Under the pieces are notes generated by a model. The model searched no databases, was not told the origin of the DNA, and saw nothing but the letters and a program-made list of their open reading frames with translations. Made by a program: the position numbers and the translations under genes. From Candidatus Latescibacterota bacterium (GTDB lineage: Bacteria > Latescibacterota > UBA2968), in the NCBI GenBank assembly GCA_965198115.1, contig OZ240241.1:6464001-6528000 (forward strand): a stretch of DNA of 64,000 nt, written 5' to 3'. Of this stretch, positions 40,603-50,094 are shown one piece after another (position 1 is the stretch's first letter; each line of letters begins with the position of its first letter).

Positions 40603-42183
40603 TCAGGTTTTATAGATGTCCTCCATCTGCCAGGCATTGAGCGAAATAAGCTCGGAGGGCGCACCCTGTGAACGGAGCGAGACACCGACGCTGTTCTGCC
40701 GATCGGGATACACGCGAGCCGCGACGCATTGGGTGTTGTTGACGAACACTTCCACGACGCTTCGATCGACGAAGATACGAAGCGTGAGTGTGTCGTTTTC
40801 GTCGAACGGGACCTGCGCGGTTTCGGGAGCTCGGCTTCGGACATCGGCTGCCGTCGACGAATACGAAGTGTCGAGTGTGACCACGCTTGCCGGCGCATTG
40901 GTTCTCTGAACGCGATCGCGGTAACCGCGTTCTCTGTAGAACGAGATGCGAGTGACTTCCTCGCGATTCGGTGAGCGCAGCACGTTCAGCTCGACCATCG
41001 GAGCATCCTTCGGGTCGATCTCGGCGACGATCTCTATCGCATTGCCGGACACGTCGTCGAGCACGACTTCTTCATTTGCTTGAAGTGTCTGCGCTTCTAC
41101 CTGGACGTGCGTTCCACGAAGCGACTCGACATCGCCGGCGGGCTCCACGAAAACGGCATCGCCATCGATCGTGAGTCGGCGCGGCAGCGTCATGATCTGG
41201 TTCCAGTCCTTCGTCGGCTTGCCCGGGTTCATGTTGAAAAGGACGATGATCCCGTCCTCGTCATCAGGTACTGCAGACGGTGCGTGGACACCCGATGGGC
41301 CCCAGGGGCCGAAGTTGAATTTGGCGCCGTGGGTGACGACGAATTTATCACGGTCCGTGTCGTAATCGCCGAGGAGGTACTGGCCGCCGCTCATGTGACT
41401 GAAGAAAAGGAGCATGTGTCGGTCGCCGATCGGCCAGAAGTAGGGGCACGCACCATCGTCACCGACGAGGGTGTAGTGATCCATCTCCACGAATGGGTGC
41501 ACGTAGTCCCAATGCTCGAGATTGGGCGATCGGTAGAGGAAGTTGGCTCGGATCGGCTTGCCACCGGGTCCGTTCGGGAGCGTGCCGCCGGCGATCGAAT
41601 AGTAGTGATCCCCCTTCTTCCAGATGCAGGGGTCGAATACGCGGGGCGTCTGGAGACCGTCGGGAACGGGCCCTGTATAGAGTCGATCCCCATCGGAAGA
41701 CTGCGGAATCACGGCCTTGTTCGCCACCTTCTCCCAGTTGAGGAGAAGTGGATCGTTGGAGATGGCGACCATGTTGCCCACCTCGGTTCCGTGATACATA
41801 GCGATGACGCGATCGTCCTCGACCAGGGCGGCGCCGGAAAAGCAGCAGCGTTCCGGGTTGGGGTATATGCAGTAGGGGAGATCGCGCCAATGGATCAAGT
41901 CGTCGCTGACGGCGTGGCCCCAGTGCTGGCGCGTGTCTTCGGGCGGGCAGGCCTGGTAGAAGAGATGCCATCGACCCTGCCAAAAACAGAGGCCGTTTGG
42001 ATCGTTGAGGTTGGCTTCGGGGTTGACGTAGTGGTAGATGGGACGATGCGGATCGTCGGCGTAGTTGTTCCGGTATGCGTTCATCCGCTGCAACAGCGGA
42101 TTGGACGCGAGCGCCGCCGCCTGTTCTTCGAGCGATCCGGTCGGGAAAGTGTGGAAGGGAACGGCGGAGGTGTAGTCTGGCAT
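40603..42183 (-). CDS. Glycoside hydrolase family 32 (beta-fructofuranosidase-like) protein with atypical catalytic motifs
   Basis: 526 aa; NDPNG, WHLFYQ, HWGHAVS.DL.HW, FSG, C-terminal LRIFVDRSVVEVF...RVYP; RDP appears as FDP and EC as AC. Confidence 0.9.
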   Translation of the reverse strand: MPDYTSAVPFHTFPTGSLEEQAAALASNPLLQRMNAYRNNYADDPHRPIYHYVNPEANLNDPNGLCFWQGRWHLFYQACPPEDTRQHWGHAVSDDLIHWRDLPYCIYPNPERCCFSGAALVEDDRVIAMYHGTEVGNMVAISNDPLLLNWEKVANKAVIPQSSDGDRLYTGPVPDGLQTPRVFDPCIWKKGDHYYSIAGGTLPNGPGGKPIRANFLYRSPNLEHWDYVHPFVEMDHYTLVGDDGACPYFWPIGDRHMLLFFSHMSGGQYLLGDYDTDRDKFVVTHGAKFNFGPWGPSGVHAPSAVPDDEDGIIVLFNMNPGKPTKDWNQIMTLPRRLTIDGDAVFVEPAGDVESLRGTHVQVEAQTLQANEEVVLDDVSGNAIEIVAEIDPKDAPMVELNVLRSPNREEVTRISFYRERGYRDRVQRTNAPASVVTLDTSYSSTAADVRSRAPETAQVPFDENDTLTLRIFVDRSVVEVFVNNTQCVAARVYPDRQNSVGVSLRSQGAPSELISLNAWQMEDIYKT

Positions 42184-42254
42184 TGGGATCTCCGTTGGGT
42201 TGGTGATCGGGGAAACCCCAATTTGGCGAAGATATTCGTCGTCAGAAAGGGATT

Positions 42255-42499
42255 TGAGCAGGCGAGCCCTTCGATACGCGACCTGCGGCTGCTACTCAGG
42301 CAAGGCAGGAGAGCAGGCGTGGCAATGCTCACTGCACTACCGGCCGATATTGCTGTGGGACCCAGCTCCAGGTGGGAAACGGCTCATGGCTTTCCCAGGA
42401 AGGGCCCAGGAAAAGTGGTCGCTGTCGATGTTCGTACCGCCGGCCGGGCGGCTAATAGATCAAGTCGTTGACACGCCCGTTCTCCCCAACGCCTGCTCA
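42255..42499. repeat. 32-bp inverted repeats, left arm interrupted by a 39-nt CCTTCG...AGGC unit
   Basis: Removing 42268-42306 gives TGAGCAGGCGAGCAGGAGAGCAGGCGTGGCAA, a 25/32 ungapped match to the reverse complement of 42468-42499. Confidence 0.7.
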
Positions 42500-42503
42500 G
42501 CTC

Positions 42504-44429
42504 TTACCACCTGTTGAGCGGATGGCCGTTCCCGTGGAACCAGATAGCATCGACGATAACACCCAAACCGATGCCCATCATGTGGCCAATGATGATGCCG
42601 AGGAAGAGAGGGATCGCTTTTCGGTAGAGCGAGAGGGATCCGATCCTGAGGACGATCGTCTTGATGACCCAGACGATCAGGATGGATGAGGCGCTGCTTT
42701 GCATGGTGAGGGAGGCGCCGATCGCGAATCCGATGGGATGGATGGAGAAGACTGGACTCCAGTAGCGCAGGCCGATCATCGCACCCGTGATGATACCGCC
42801 GAACCCCAGCAGGCCGACGCGTTGCCAATCGGTCGCGAAATTCTTCTGCAGTTTCCCAGCGATCACTTCGAAGCTTTCGACCGCACCGCCTCCCAGTCCG
42901 CGAAAGCTACTCGTGCCGAAGTTGTAGGCGCCGATGCCGGTGTAGGCTTCGAAGATGGTAAGGAAAATCACTGAAATGGCCCCGACCCCAGAGGCGACAA
43001 GAACGAGTGGCGAGACCTTCTTTCGACCGGATGGTTCGATCGCCTGGGCGAGGCGAGGGACGTGGGCGAGGACGGTCATGGCCATGCTCTTGGCGTCGCA
43101 GAAAAAGGTCTGGGTCAAGCCGATGGCGACGGCGGTCTGAGGATTTACGATGGCTGGACCGAAGAGATGCCACGTGAAGGCCTGGGCCGTGATCGGGCCT
43201 CTCAGGAAGACGAGACCGCTTTCGACGATCACTCTAGCGAGACCGAAATAGAGCACACCGCTGCCGAACCAGAATGCGATAAGGGGACCCCACATGAACC
43301 CGAGGTGCCGAAAGAAGATCACGACATAAAGGGAGCATCCCACGAAGAGCCAGAACGCCGTTCGGTAGGACATGATCTCTTCGCTGTCGTCGATCTCCTT
43401 TTGGTTTCGCACAGCCTGCCGGTAGACGCTCAGTAGGTGATGTCGAGCGATCCAGACGCCCCATCCGACGAAAACGATCATCCCGCCGAATCCCTGCCAG
43501 CCGATGGCCGCGTGGAACGAGCCCCACGGATCGCCTGCGCCGATGTCGAACCCGATGCGGTTGTAGATGCCTGCTTGAATCGCGGCGAGGAGGTGAAAGA
43601 ACCAGATGCTGAACAGAACATCGGATTTTGTGAAGTAGCCGAATGCGATCGTCATCGGATGGACGACGAACGCAATCGGGGGAAAATCGGGGCCGAGGAG
43701 AATGCTCCTGCCTCGCAGGATGGGAACCGTGGGCCATCCGGTCACACTCCATCCCACCATGTTCCAGGCCAGCAGACCGAAGGTCAGGAAGAAGCCGATC
43801 AGGAAGAGCGGCGATTTAAGCAACGACCCAAGGGCGGTGCGGTCCTGATCGGCGTCGGTGAGTTCGAGCAGCGCTACCGCGACGGGGAACGCGAGTCGCT
43901 CGTTGTCGACCCACTGTTTCCGGAAGATCGTCGAGAGGCTGATGCCGGCGGCTAGGATGGCCGCAACGACGGTGCCCCACCAAAAGAGCGGCGAGAACCA
44001 GGGTCCCCACGGGATCGATTCACCCTTCGGGAGGCTCTCGTGGAAGTATCGGACCGCCAGCACGTCCGAGACGTAGGACCAGGTTGGCATGGGCGGAATG
44101 AGCAGTTCCATCCAGCGATTCTCGGGGGTCGCAAAGTAGAGCGGGGTCGTGATGGTGCCAAGCAGGTATCCGGAGAGCCATTCGCCCTGCATCGTCACAG
44201 CAACCAGGCCGACGCAGCAAATGACAGTCAATTCTCGTGGAAGGAGGCCGATTCCCAGTCGTCGGAGTGGCAGGTTGAGAAACAGCAGGAAGAAGTAGGG
44301 GATGAGGAAGCCGACCGAGATTTGCGCGTAATCAGCGCGGGAGGACTGCATGATCAGCCCGGAGTAGGCTGGCCAAAGGTTCACGGCAACGGCCATGAGT
44401 AGAGAGATGACGATGGCGCGTGGTGTCAA
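42504..44429 (-). CDS. DUF6785/DUF6784-type polytopic membrane protein (putative transporter)
   Basis: 641 aa, many TM segments; YFATPENRW, IPWGPW..PLFWW, RKQWVDNERLAFP, IHPIG, LYRKAIPLFLG. Confidence 0.8.
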   Translation of the reverse strand: MTPRAIVISLLMAVAVNLWPAYSGLIMQSSRADYAQISVGFLIPYFFLLFLNLPLRRLGIGLLPRELTVICCVGLVAVTMQGEWLSGYLLGTITTPLYFATPENRWMELLIPPMPTWSYVSDVLAVRYFHESLPKGESIPWGPWFSPLFWWGTVVAAILAAGISLSTIFRKQWVDNERLAFPVAVALLELTDADQDRTALGSLLKSPLFLIGFFLTFGLLAWNMVGWSVTGWPTVPILRGRSILLGPDFPPIAFVVHPMTIAFGYFTKSDVLFSIWFFHLLAAIQAGIYNRIGFDIGAGDPWGSFHAAIGWQGFGGMIVFVGWGVWIARHHLLSVYRQAVRNQKEIDDSEEIMSYRTAFWLFVGCSLYVVIFFRHLGFMWGPLIAFWFGSGVLYFGLARVIVESGLVFLRGPITAQAFTWHLFGPAIVNPQTAVAIGLTQTFFCDAKSMAMTVLAHVPRLAQAIEPSGRKKVSPLVLVASGVGAISVIFLTIFEAYTGIGAYNFGTSSFRGLGGGAVESFEVIAGKLQKNFATDWQRVGLLGFGGIITGAMIGLRYWSPVFSIHPIGFAIGASLTMQSSASSILIVWVIKTIVLRIGSLSLYRKAIPLFLGIIIGHMMGIGLGVIVDAIWFHGNGHPLNRW

Positions 44430-44596
44430 GGGGGGTCCCGCTTGGGAGGTCTACACACTTCGACTTCGCTCAGTGCAAGCTCCGACACGAAGTCACGAAG
44501 AAATACAATTACGGGAGGGACAGCAAGCGGAGGGGGGAAACGAACTGCGAGGATCGTCAGTATCTGATGCCCCCGGCTTAGACCATACGATTACCG

Positions 44597-45058
44597 CTAC
44601 TCGGCGATCCAGTCTCTGCGATACCAGGGCAGCTCGAAATTGAGGGACATCTGGCCGCGTGCGTTGGATGGTTCTTTAAACCCGAATTGCGAGTAGAGTC
44701 CCTGTGCGTCTTTCGTGTTCAGTTTGATCGATCGAATCCCGTCGAGCAACGGGCATTCTACGACAGATTGGACGAGCCACTTACCCAGCCCCTTGCCGCG
44801 GTAGGAGTCGAGGACGAAGACATCGCAGAGGTAAGCGTGACACGCATAGTCCGTGACGACTCGTGCGAACCCGACTTGCTGGTCTCCGTCATACAGACCA
44901 AAACAGAGCGAGTTTGGAATCGCATGCTCGAGGATCTCGCGAGGGATGCCGGGAGACCAGTACGAACGACTGAGGTAGCCGTGAATCACTTTGATATCGA
45001 GTCGCGAGCGGTCTGTGGAAATGGTATAGCCATTGCGCTCGTATTCGCAGATGTCCAT
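44597..45058 (-). CDS. GNAT family N-acetyltransferase
   Basis: GFARVVTD, YLCDVFV, YRGKGLG, AQGLYSQFGF. Confidence 0.93.
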   Translation of the reverse strand: MDICEYERNGYTISTDRSRLDIKVIHGYLSRSYWSPGIPREILEHAIPNSLCFGLYDGDQQVGFARVVTDYACHAYLCDVFVLDSYRGKGLGKWLVQSVVECPLLDGIRSIKLNTKDAQGLYSQFGFKEPSNARGQMSLNFELPWYRRDWIAE

Positions 45059-45072
45059 GGGCGTCTTTTTAT

Positions 45073-46491
45073 GGCTCTATCCGGGTTTCTCAACGGTGAA
45101 ACTATAGAATGACAAGGTCATAGATCGTTCCCTACGCTTGGTTGTGTGTGTAGGACAATCAAAGCGAAGGGGGTGCGACCTATGACCGGGAGCAGATTAC
45201 TATCGAAACTGCTGAGATTCAAGGGGTTCCGTGTTGTCAGCTGGTGGTTTGAGGGGAGAAGCTGCTTCGTCATCGCCGTAAAGCCCCATAAGAATGGTTG
45301 TTGTTGTCCGGAGTGCGGCCGTCGAGGTAAAATCGTCCGCACAATGCCCCATCCGCGTCGGTGGCGTGACATTCCGGTGTGCGGGTGGAGGGTCTGGCTT
45401 CTCTACCATCCTCGGGAGATTCGGTGTCCTACCCACGGTCGTGTGGTCGAGGAGATTCCGTGGGCGGAGCGGTTCTCTCGGGTGACGTATCGCTTCGAGT
45501 ATGCCATGCTGCGCTACTGCCAGACCATGACGCAGAAGGCGGCGTCCGAGTTACTGCGCATCTCTGCCTCGACGCTGTCGGATCTCCTTCACCGATCCAT
45601 CACGCGGCTTCGTGAAGGTCATCGTATCCGAGGGCTCAAAACCATCGGGATCGACGAGATCTCCTACGCCAAGCGTCACAGGTACGCCACGCTCGTTTAC
45701 GATCTGGACCGCTCCTGCGTGGTGTGGGTTGGCCGCGGCAGGGCGCGTAAAACGATCGATCGGTTCTTCACAGAGGCTCTCAGTCCCTACCGGAGATCCA
45801 AGATCGAGTGGGCCTGCTGCGACATGAGCGAAGCTTACATCGGAGCCATCCAGGAACACTGTCCGAATGCCAAGCTGGTCCTCGATCGCTTTCACATCGT
45901 CAAGGCTCTCAATGCCGCCGTTGACGAGGTCCGTAAGGACCAGTGGCGTGAAGCTGCCCCGGATGAGCGCAAAGCCATGAAGGGCCTCCGATGGCTCCTC
46001 TACCGGCACTCAGCGACACGCTCCAGAGGGGATACTCGGACACTCAAAGCACTGGAGAAGGCGAACTACCGAATCTATAGAGCCTGGAGACTCAAGGACG
46101 AGTTCGAGCAGTTCTGGGAATACAAGCGCCCTGGGCTGCCGAACGCTTCCTGAAATGCTGGACGACGTCCGCACTCAGAAGTCGACTTGAACCCCTGCGA
46201 AAGTTCGTCAGGACCCTGCGACAGCACTTCTTCGGCGTCCTCGCATTCGTGAACACGCGTCTTACCAACGCCATCGCCGAAGGCCTCAACCGAATCGTCC
46301 AAATCGTCAAGAACCGAGCCAGCGGATTCCGCACACTCGACGCATTCAACGATATGATCTTCCTTACCGTCGGAGACATAAACATCCCTGAGCAGATTCC
46401 GAAGAGGTTCCGCACACTCTAACCGCGCCCCCATGCCAGGAACCACGGCACCTTCACCCACTTCATCTCGTTGAGAGATCCGGATATAGCC
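45073..46491 (+). mobile_element. ISL3-family insertion sequence, copy 2 (1419 bp), inverted relative to copy 1
   Basis: Same IRs as 19973-21392; flanks CTTTTTAT (45065-45072) / CTTTTTAG (46492-46499). Confidence 0.95.
45182..46422 (+). pseudogene. ISL3 transposase, frameshifted copy
   Basis: One A missing at ~46124 (TACAAGCG versus TACAAAGCG in copy 1) truncates the ORF at 46153; a few substitutions versus copy 1. Confidence 0.85.
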
Positions 46492-46515
46492 CTTTTTAGT
46501 AGGGTCCAGAAACAG

Positions 46516-47304
46516 TCAGACCGGGATGCTATGTTCCTTGATGATCGTGCTGTGTTCCGTGAGCGTGACGAAGTTGAAGGGCAGTGGTGCGTCGACATCT
46601 CGGTTGGCGTCTCCATCGGGCCAGAGATCGAGCGGCATGTAGGGACTTCCGACACTGGCGTAGTGAATCCCATCCTTGACGATCTGGACGCCGCGATGGA
46701 TGTGTCCGAAAAAGACGCCTCGGACACGGTCGGCGAAGGGAACGAGTGCTTCGTGGAGTTCATCTCCGTTGAGCAAGTCGATCCGGTCGTCGTGCCAGTC
46801 GCAGTCGAGATGCAGCGGGCAATGATGGAGGAAGATGGAGATTCGCCCACTCGCCGATTCGATCTGTTCGCGCAGGAAATCGAGCTGCCCAGCGGATAGT
46901 CGTCCGCTTCCTCCGATCTCTTCGCGTGGCCCCTGGGATTGGAGCATGATGAATCTCTCGTCTTCGATGTCGAACGTGTAGGAAACGAAATGCTCCGCGA
47001 CGGCGGTTCTGTCGCCCATCGGCAATTCCTTGAACTGATCGGGATCGTCGTGGTTGCCGACTGCGTAGTAGACAGGGACGCCGAGGGTGTCCAGCAGTTG
47101 GGTGGCGAGTGCGTAGGCCTCGGGCTGGCCATCGTTGGTCACATCACCCGTGTGAACGATGAAATCGGGTCGTGTTGAGAGACCCCTGAGCGTATCTACG
47201 AGTGATTCCGCATTGCGATACGGCACGCGGTCGTGTACCTCGAAATCCTTGTCGGGGTGAATGTGAGTATCACTGATGTGGACGAAGTAGATGGGACGCG
47301 TCAT
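46516..47304 (-). CDS. Calcineurin-like metallophosphoesterase (CpdA/Icc-like)
   Basis: HISDTH, HTGDV, GNHD, FLHH, FFGHIH; ATG 47304. Confidence 0.92.
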   Translation of the reverse strand: MTRPIYFVHISDTHIHPDKDFEVHDRVPYRNAESLVDTLRGLSTRPDFIVHTGDVTNDGQPEAYALATQLLDTLGVPVYYAVGNHDDPDQFKELPMGDRTAVAEHFVSYTFDIEDERFIMLQSQGPREEIGGSGRLSAGQLDFLREQIESASGRISIFLHHCPLHLDCDWHDDRIDLLNGDELHEALVPFADRVRGVFFGHIHRGVQIVKDGIHYASVGSPYMPLDLWPDGDANRDVDAPLPFNFVTLTEHSTIIKEHSIPV

Positions 47305-47488
47305 GAGGAGAACCTCGAAATCGAATAGAAAGTAAATCGTAGACGGTGGACAGGAACGATGGCTTCGCCCTGATGATTGTGAGCGGTCGGCGGTCGGCGG
47401 TGGGCAGAGGCGATAGCTTTGCTCGATTGCCGGTGGGGCAGGCTCTGACTGCGAACCGGCAGCTGACGATTGGTGCGTCTGCTGGGGA

Positions 47489-49942
47489 CTATTCATCGCG
47501 GAGGGCCAGGACGGGGTCCGTGCGGGCGGCACGCCACGCGTGGTAGGTGACGGTGAGTTGCGCGACGACGAGGGTGAGGGCCACACCGAGGATAAAGGCC
47601 CCCGGCCCGAGGTCGGTGCGGTAGGCGAAGTTGTCGAGCCAGCCCTGCATGAGGATATAGGCGACGGGAATGGCAATGACGGCGGCGAGCACGACCATGA
47701 CGGCGAACTCTCGCGAGACGAGAGCGATGACACTCGTGACGGTCGCACCGAGTGATTTTCGAACGCCGATTTCTTTGCGGCGCTCCTCCGCCGCGTGGGA
47801 CGCGAGACCGAAGAGACCCATGCAGGCAAGGAAAATGGCGATGCCGGATGCCGTGAGGGTGAGGGTCTGAACTCGTAGTTCCTGCCGGTAGATGCGTTCG
47901 AATTCGTGGTCCCAGAACGAATACCGGAAAAGAACATCTGGTAGAAATTGCTTCCAGGTTTTTTCGAAATGGGCAAGGGCTGCGTCCATCCCGCCAGCCC
48001 GGACCCGGACGCCGAGGTTGAAGAATTGCTTGTTTCGGAAGACCATGGCAAGGGGCCCGATCTTCTGCCGCAACGTTCGATAATGGAAGTCCCTAACGAC
48101 GCCAATGACCGATCCCCTGATATTCCTTTCAGCGTCAACCCAGGCAAAGGATTTGCCAATGGGGGAGTCAGTGGTCCCAGGCGGCGCATCGACGGCCCAC
48201 CCAAGCACGGAAGCGGCGGTCTCGTTCAGGATGAACGCGTTCGAAGAGTCAGCCGGAAAAGCGGAAGCATCAAACTTCCTTCCCGCGACGATCTCGATCC
48301 CGAAGACATCGATGTAGTTGTCGTCGATCTCCAGAACTTGCATTCGCCATTCCTGTCCCTCGTGACCCTCGGGGGTGACAGGACGCATGATGCCGGCGTT
48401 TCGACCTAGAGGCTGCCGATATCCTGTTGCCTCGATCGCATCGGGATGGTCCAGGAAGACCCGCTTGATCGTGATGTAACGATCTGCAAGGCGAACGTCG
48501 TTCGGTGTCAGGAGAAACTGGTCCATGACGAAAAGCGGCATGAGCACCATCTGCTCCATGTTGAAACCGAGTTTCGCGGTCCTGATGTAATCGAATTGAT
48601 GGTAGATCACGCTCGACCCGACGATGAGTCCGATGGATATCGTGAACTGGACGATGACAAGCCCCTTGTGGAGCCATTGGCCGTAGAGACTCCCTCGGAA
48701 CGTTCCCTTGATCGTTTCCGTTGGCTGGAACGAGGCGAGGACGAATGCAGGATACATGCCGGCGATCAGACCTACCAGCACCGCGATCGAGACTACACCC
48801 AACGTCAACAGGCCATCACCGAGAAAGTTAAGTTCGAGCTGACGTCTGAAAATCGCGTTGAACTCGGGAAGGACGAATTCGAGCGCAACGAGTGCGAGTC
48901 CGAGCGCGAACAACGAGGTCAACGTCGATTCGCACAGAAACTGAGCCGCGAGTTGGCCTCGATAGGCGCCCGTTACCTTGCGCAATCCGACCTCGTGCGC
49001 CCGACTCGCGGATCGCGCGATCGACAGGTTCGTGAAATTGATGCACGCGACGGCGAGAACCAGCAGGGCAATGGCGCCGAACTGGTAGACCTGGTCGATG
49101 TCTCCCCATCTGTCGATCCCGTAGTCCTGCTGCGTATACAGGTAAACACGGTCGAGGGGCTGGAGGCGATAGGTTGTTATCTCGGCTGCTTCCGGGGCGT
49201 GGTATTGTTTCACGATCGTTGGAAGCTTCGCTTCCAGTGTGGCGGCCTCAGCTCCCTCGCGCAGCAGGACGTGGGTCAGGACCGAGCGATGGCCGTCGGA
49301 CACCGTCCATTGTTCCCAGGTCACTTTGGCGAGTTCCGTTACGGACGTCGACACGTAGTCGAGCTTGAGTGTCGAATTGGCCGGCAGGTCCTCGAGTAGT
49401 GCTGCGATGGTACGTTCACCTCCGTGGCTGCCACTGATCACGGTGATCGTTTTGCCGATCGGATCCTCGTCACCGAAGAGTCTGCGCGCTGCTGACTGCG
49501 TCATCGCGATGGACGATGGGTCGGTAAAGGCGGTCTCTCTCGAGCCGACGGCAAAAGGGAGGTCGAAGATGTCGAACATTTCGGGATCTGCCGCACAGAC
49601 GTTCATACGAAGTTTCTTGCCGTTCGCCTCCACATCCACCCACTGGCGCCAAACCCGGGCGGAAGCTTCGACTTCTGGCAGGTCGCGCTTCAGTGCGGCT
49701 GCCAGCGGCCCAGACGAAAAACGAAGGTATTGCGTCTGGCCACTTGTACGCGTTTCGACGACGATGCGGTAAATCCGATCCAGCTTTTCGTGCCAGGTGT
49801 CGAAGCTCATCTCATTCTGCACATACCGCAGCATGAGAATGCTCGTGCCGATCCCGATCGCAAGCCCAAGAATGTTGATCAGCGTGTGGATCTTGTGACG
49901 CATCAGGTTGCGCCAGGCGGTTGTCAGGTAGTTACGAAACAT
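47489..49942 (-). CDS. Duplicated MacB/FtsX-type ABC transporter permease, paralog 1
   Basis: 817 aa; MFRNYL.TAWRNL, INILGLAIG, ACINFTNL...EVGLRKV.GA, IGVVRDFH, GLFGL...KEIGVRK.LGA, PVLALRDE. Confidence 0.95.
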   Translation of the reverse strand: MFRNYLTTAWRNLMRHKIHTLINILGLAIGIGTSILMLRYVQNEMSFDTWHEKLDRIYRIVVETRTSGQTQYLRFSSGPLAAALKRDLPEVEASARVWRQWVDVEANGKKLRMNVCAADPEMFDIFDLPFAVGSRETAFTDPSSIAMTQSAARRLFGDEDPIGKTITVISGSHGGERTIAALLEDLPANSTLKLDYVSTSVTELAKVTWEQWTVSDGHRSVLTHVLLREGAEAATLEAKLPTIVKQYHAPEAAEITTYRLQPLDRVYLYTQQDYGIDRWGDIDQVYQFGAIALLVLAVACINFTNLSIARSASRAHEVGLRKVTGAYRGQLAAQFLCESTLTSLFALGLALVALEFVLPEFNAIFRRQLELNFLGDGLLTLGVVSIAVLVGLIAGMYPAFVLASFQPTETIKGTFRGSLYGQWLHKGLVIVQFTISIGLIVGSSVIYHQFDYIRTAKLGFNMEQMVLMPLFVMDQFLLTPNDVRLADRYITIKRVFLDHPDAIEATGYRQPLGRNAGIMRPVTPEGHEGQEWRMQVLEIDDNYIDVFGIEIVAGRKFDASAFPADSSNAFILNETAASVLGWAVDAPPGTTDSPIGKSFAWVDAERNIRGSVIGVVRDFHYRTLRQKIGPLAMVFRNKQFFNLGVRVRAGGMDAALAHFEKTWKQFLPDVLFRYSFWDHEFERIYRQELRVQTLTLTASGIAIFLACMGLFGLASHAAEERRKEIGVRKSLGATVTSVIALVSREFAVMVVLAAVIAIPVAYILMQGWLDNFAYRTDLGPGAFILGVALTLVVAQLTVTYHAWRAARTDPVLALRDE

Positions 49943-50007
49943 TGAGAGGCAGTAGGCAGTAGGGAGAAGGAAAATCTGGTAGACGGTGGACAGTGGACGG
50001 TAGACGG
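49943..50007. repeat. Heptamer repeat tract (GGCAGTA / GGACAGT type) directly 5' of permease 1
   Basis: GAGGCAGTAGGCAGTAGGGAGAAGG...GTAGACGGTGGACAGTGGACGGTAGACGG. Confidence 0.7.
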
Positions 50008-50032
50008 ATACAATCGATCGATTTACGTGGGC

Positions 50033-50055
50033 GTAGGGGCGAACGGCGTTCGCCC
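50033..50055. repeat. GTAG-type REP hairpin
   Basis: GTAG-GGGCGAACGGCGTTCGCCC; related GTCGGGCGGATTGCGATCCGCCC at 55239-55261. Confidence 0.7.
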
Positions 50056-50094
50056 GATGCTCTGGCCCACGACGTGACGGAATGGATATCGTGC

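Noticed and set aside
19973-46491. Composite transposon formed by the two ISL3 copies
   Set aside because: Each copy has its own target duplication and the outer flanks do not share one.
46516-48204. 562-aa ORF as a large fusion protein
   Set aside because: Only the part from ATG 47304 is a metallophosphoesterase; the rest is an off-frame overlap with permease 1 and its spacer.
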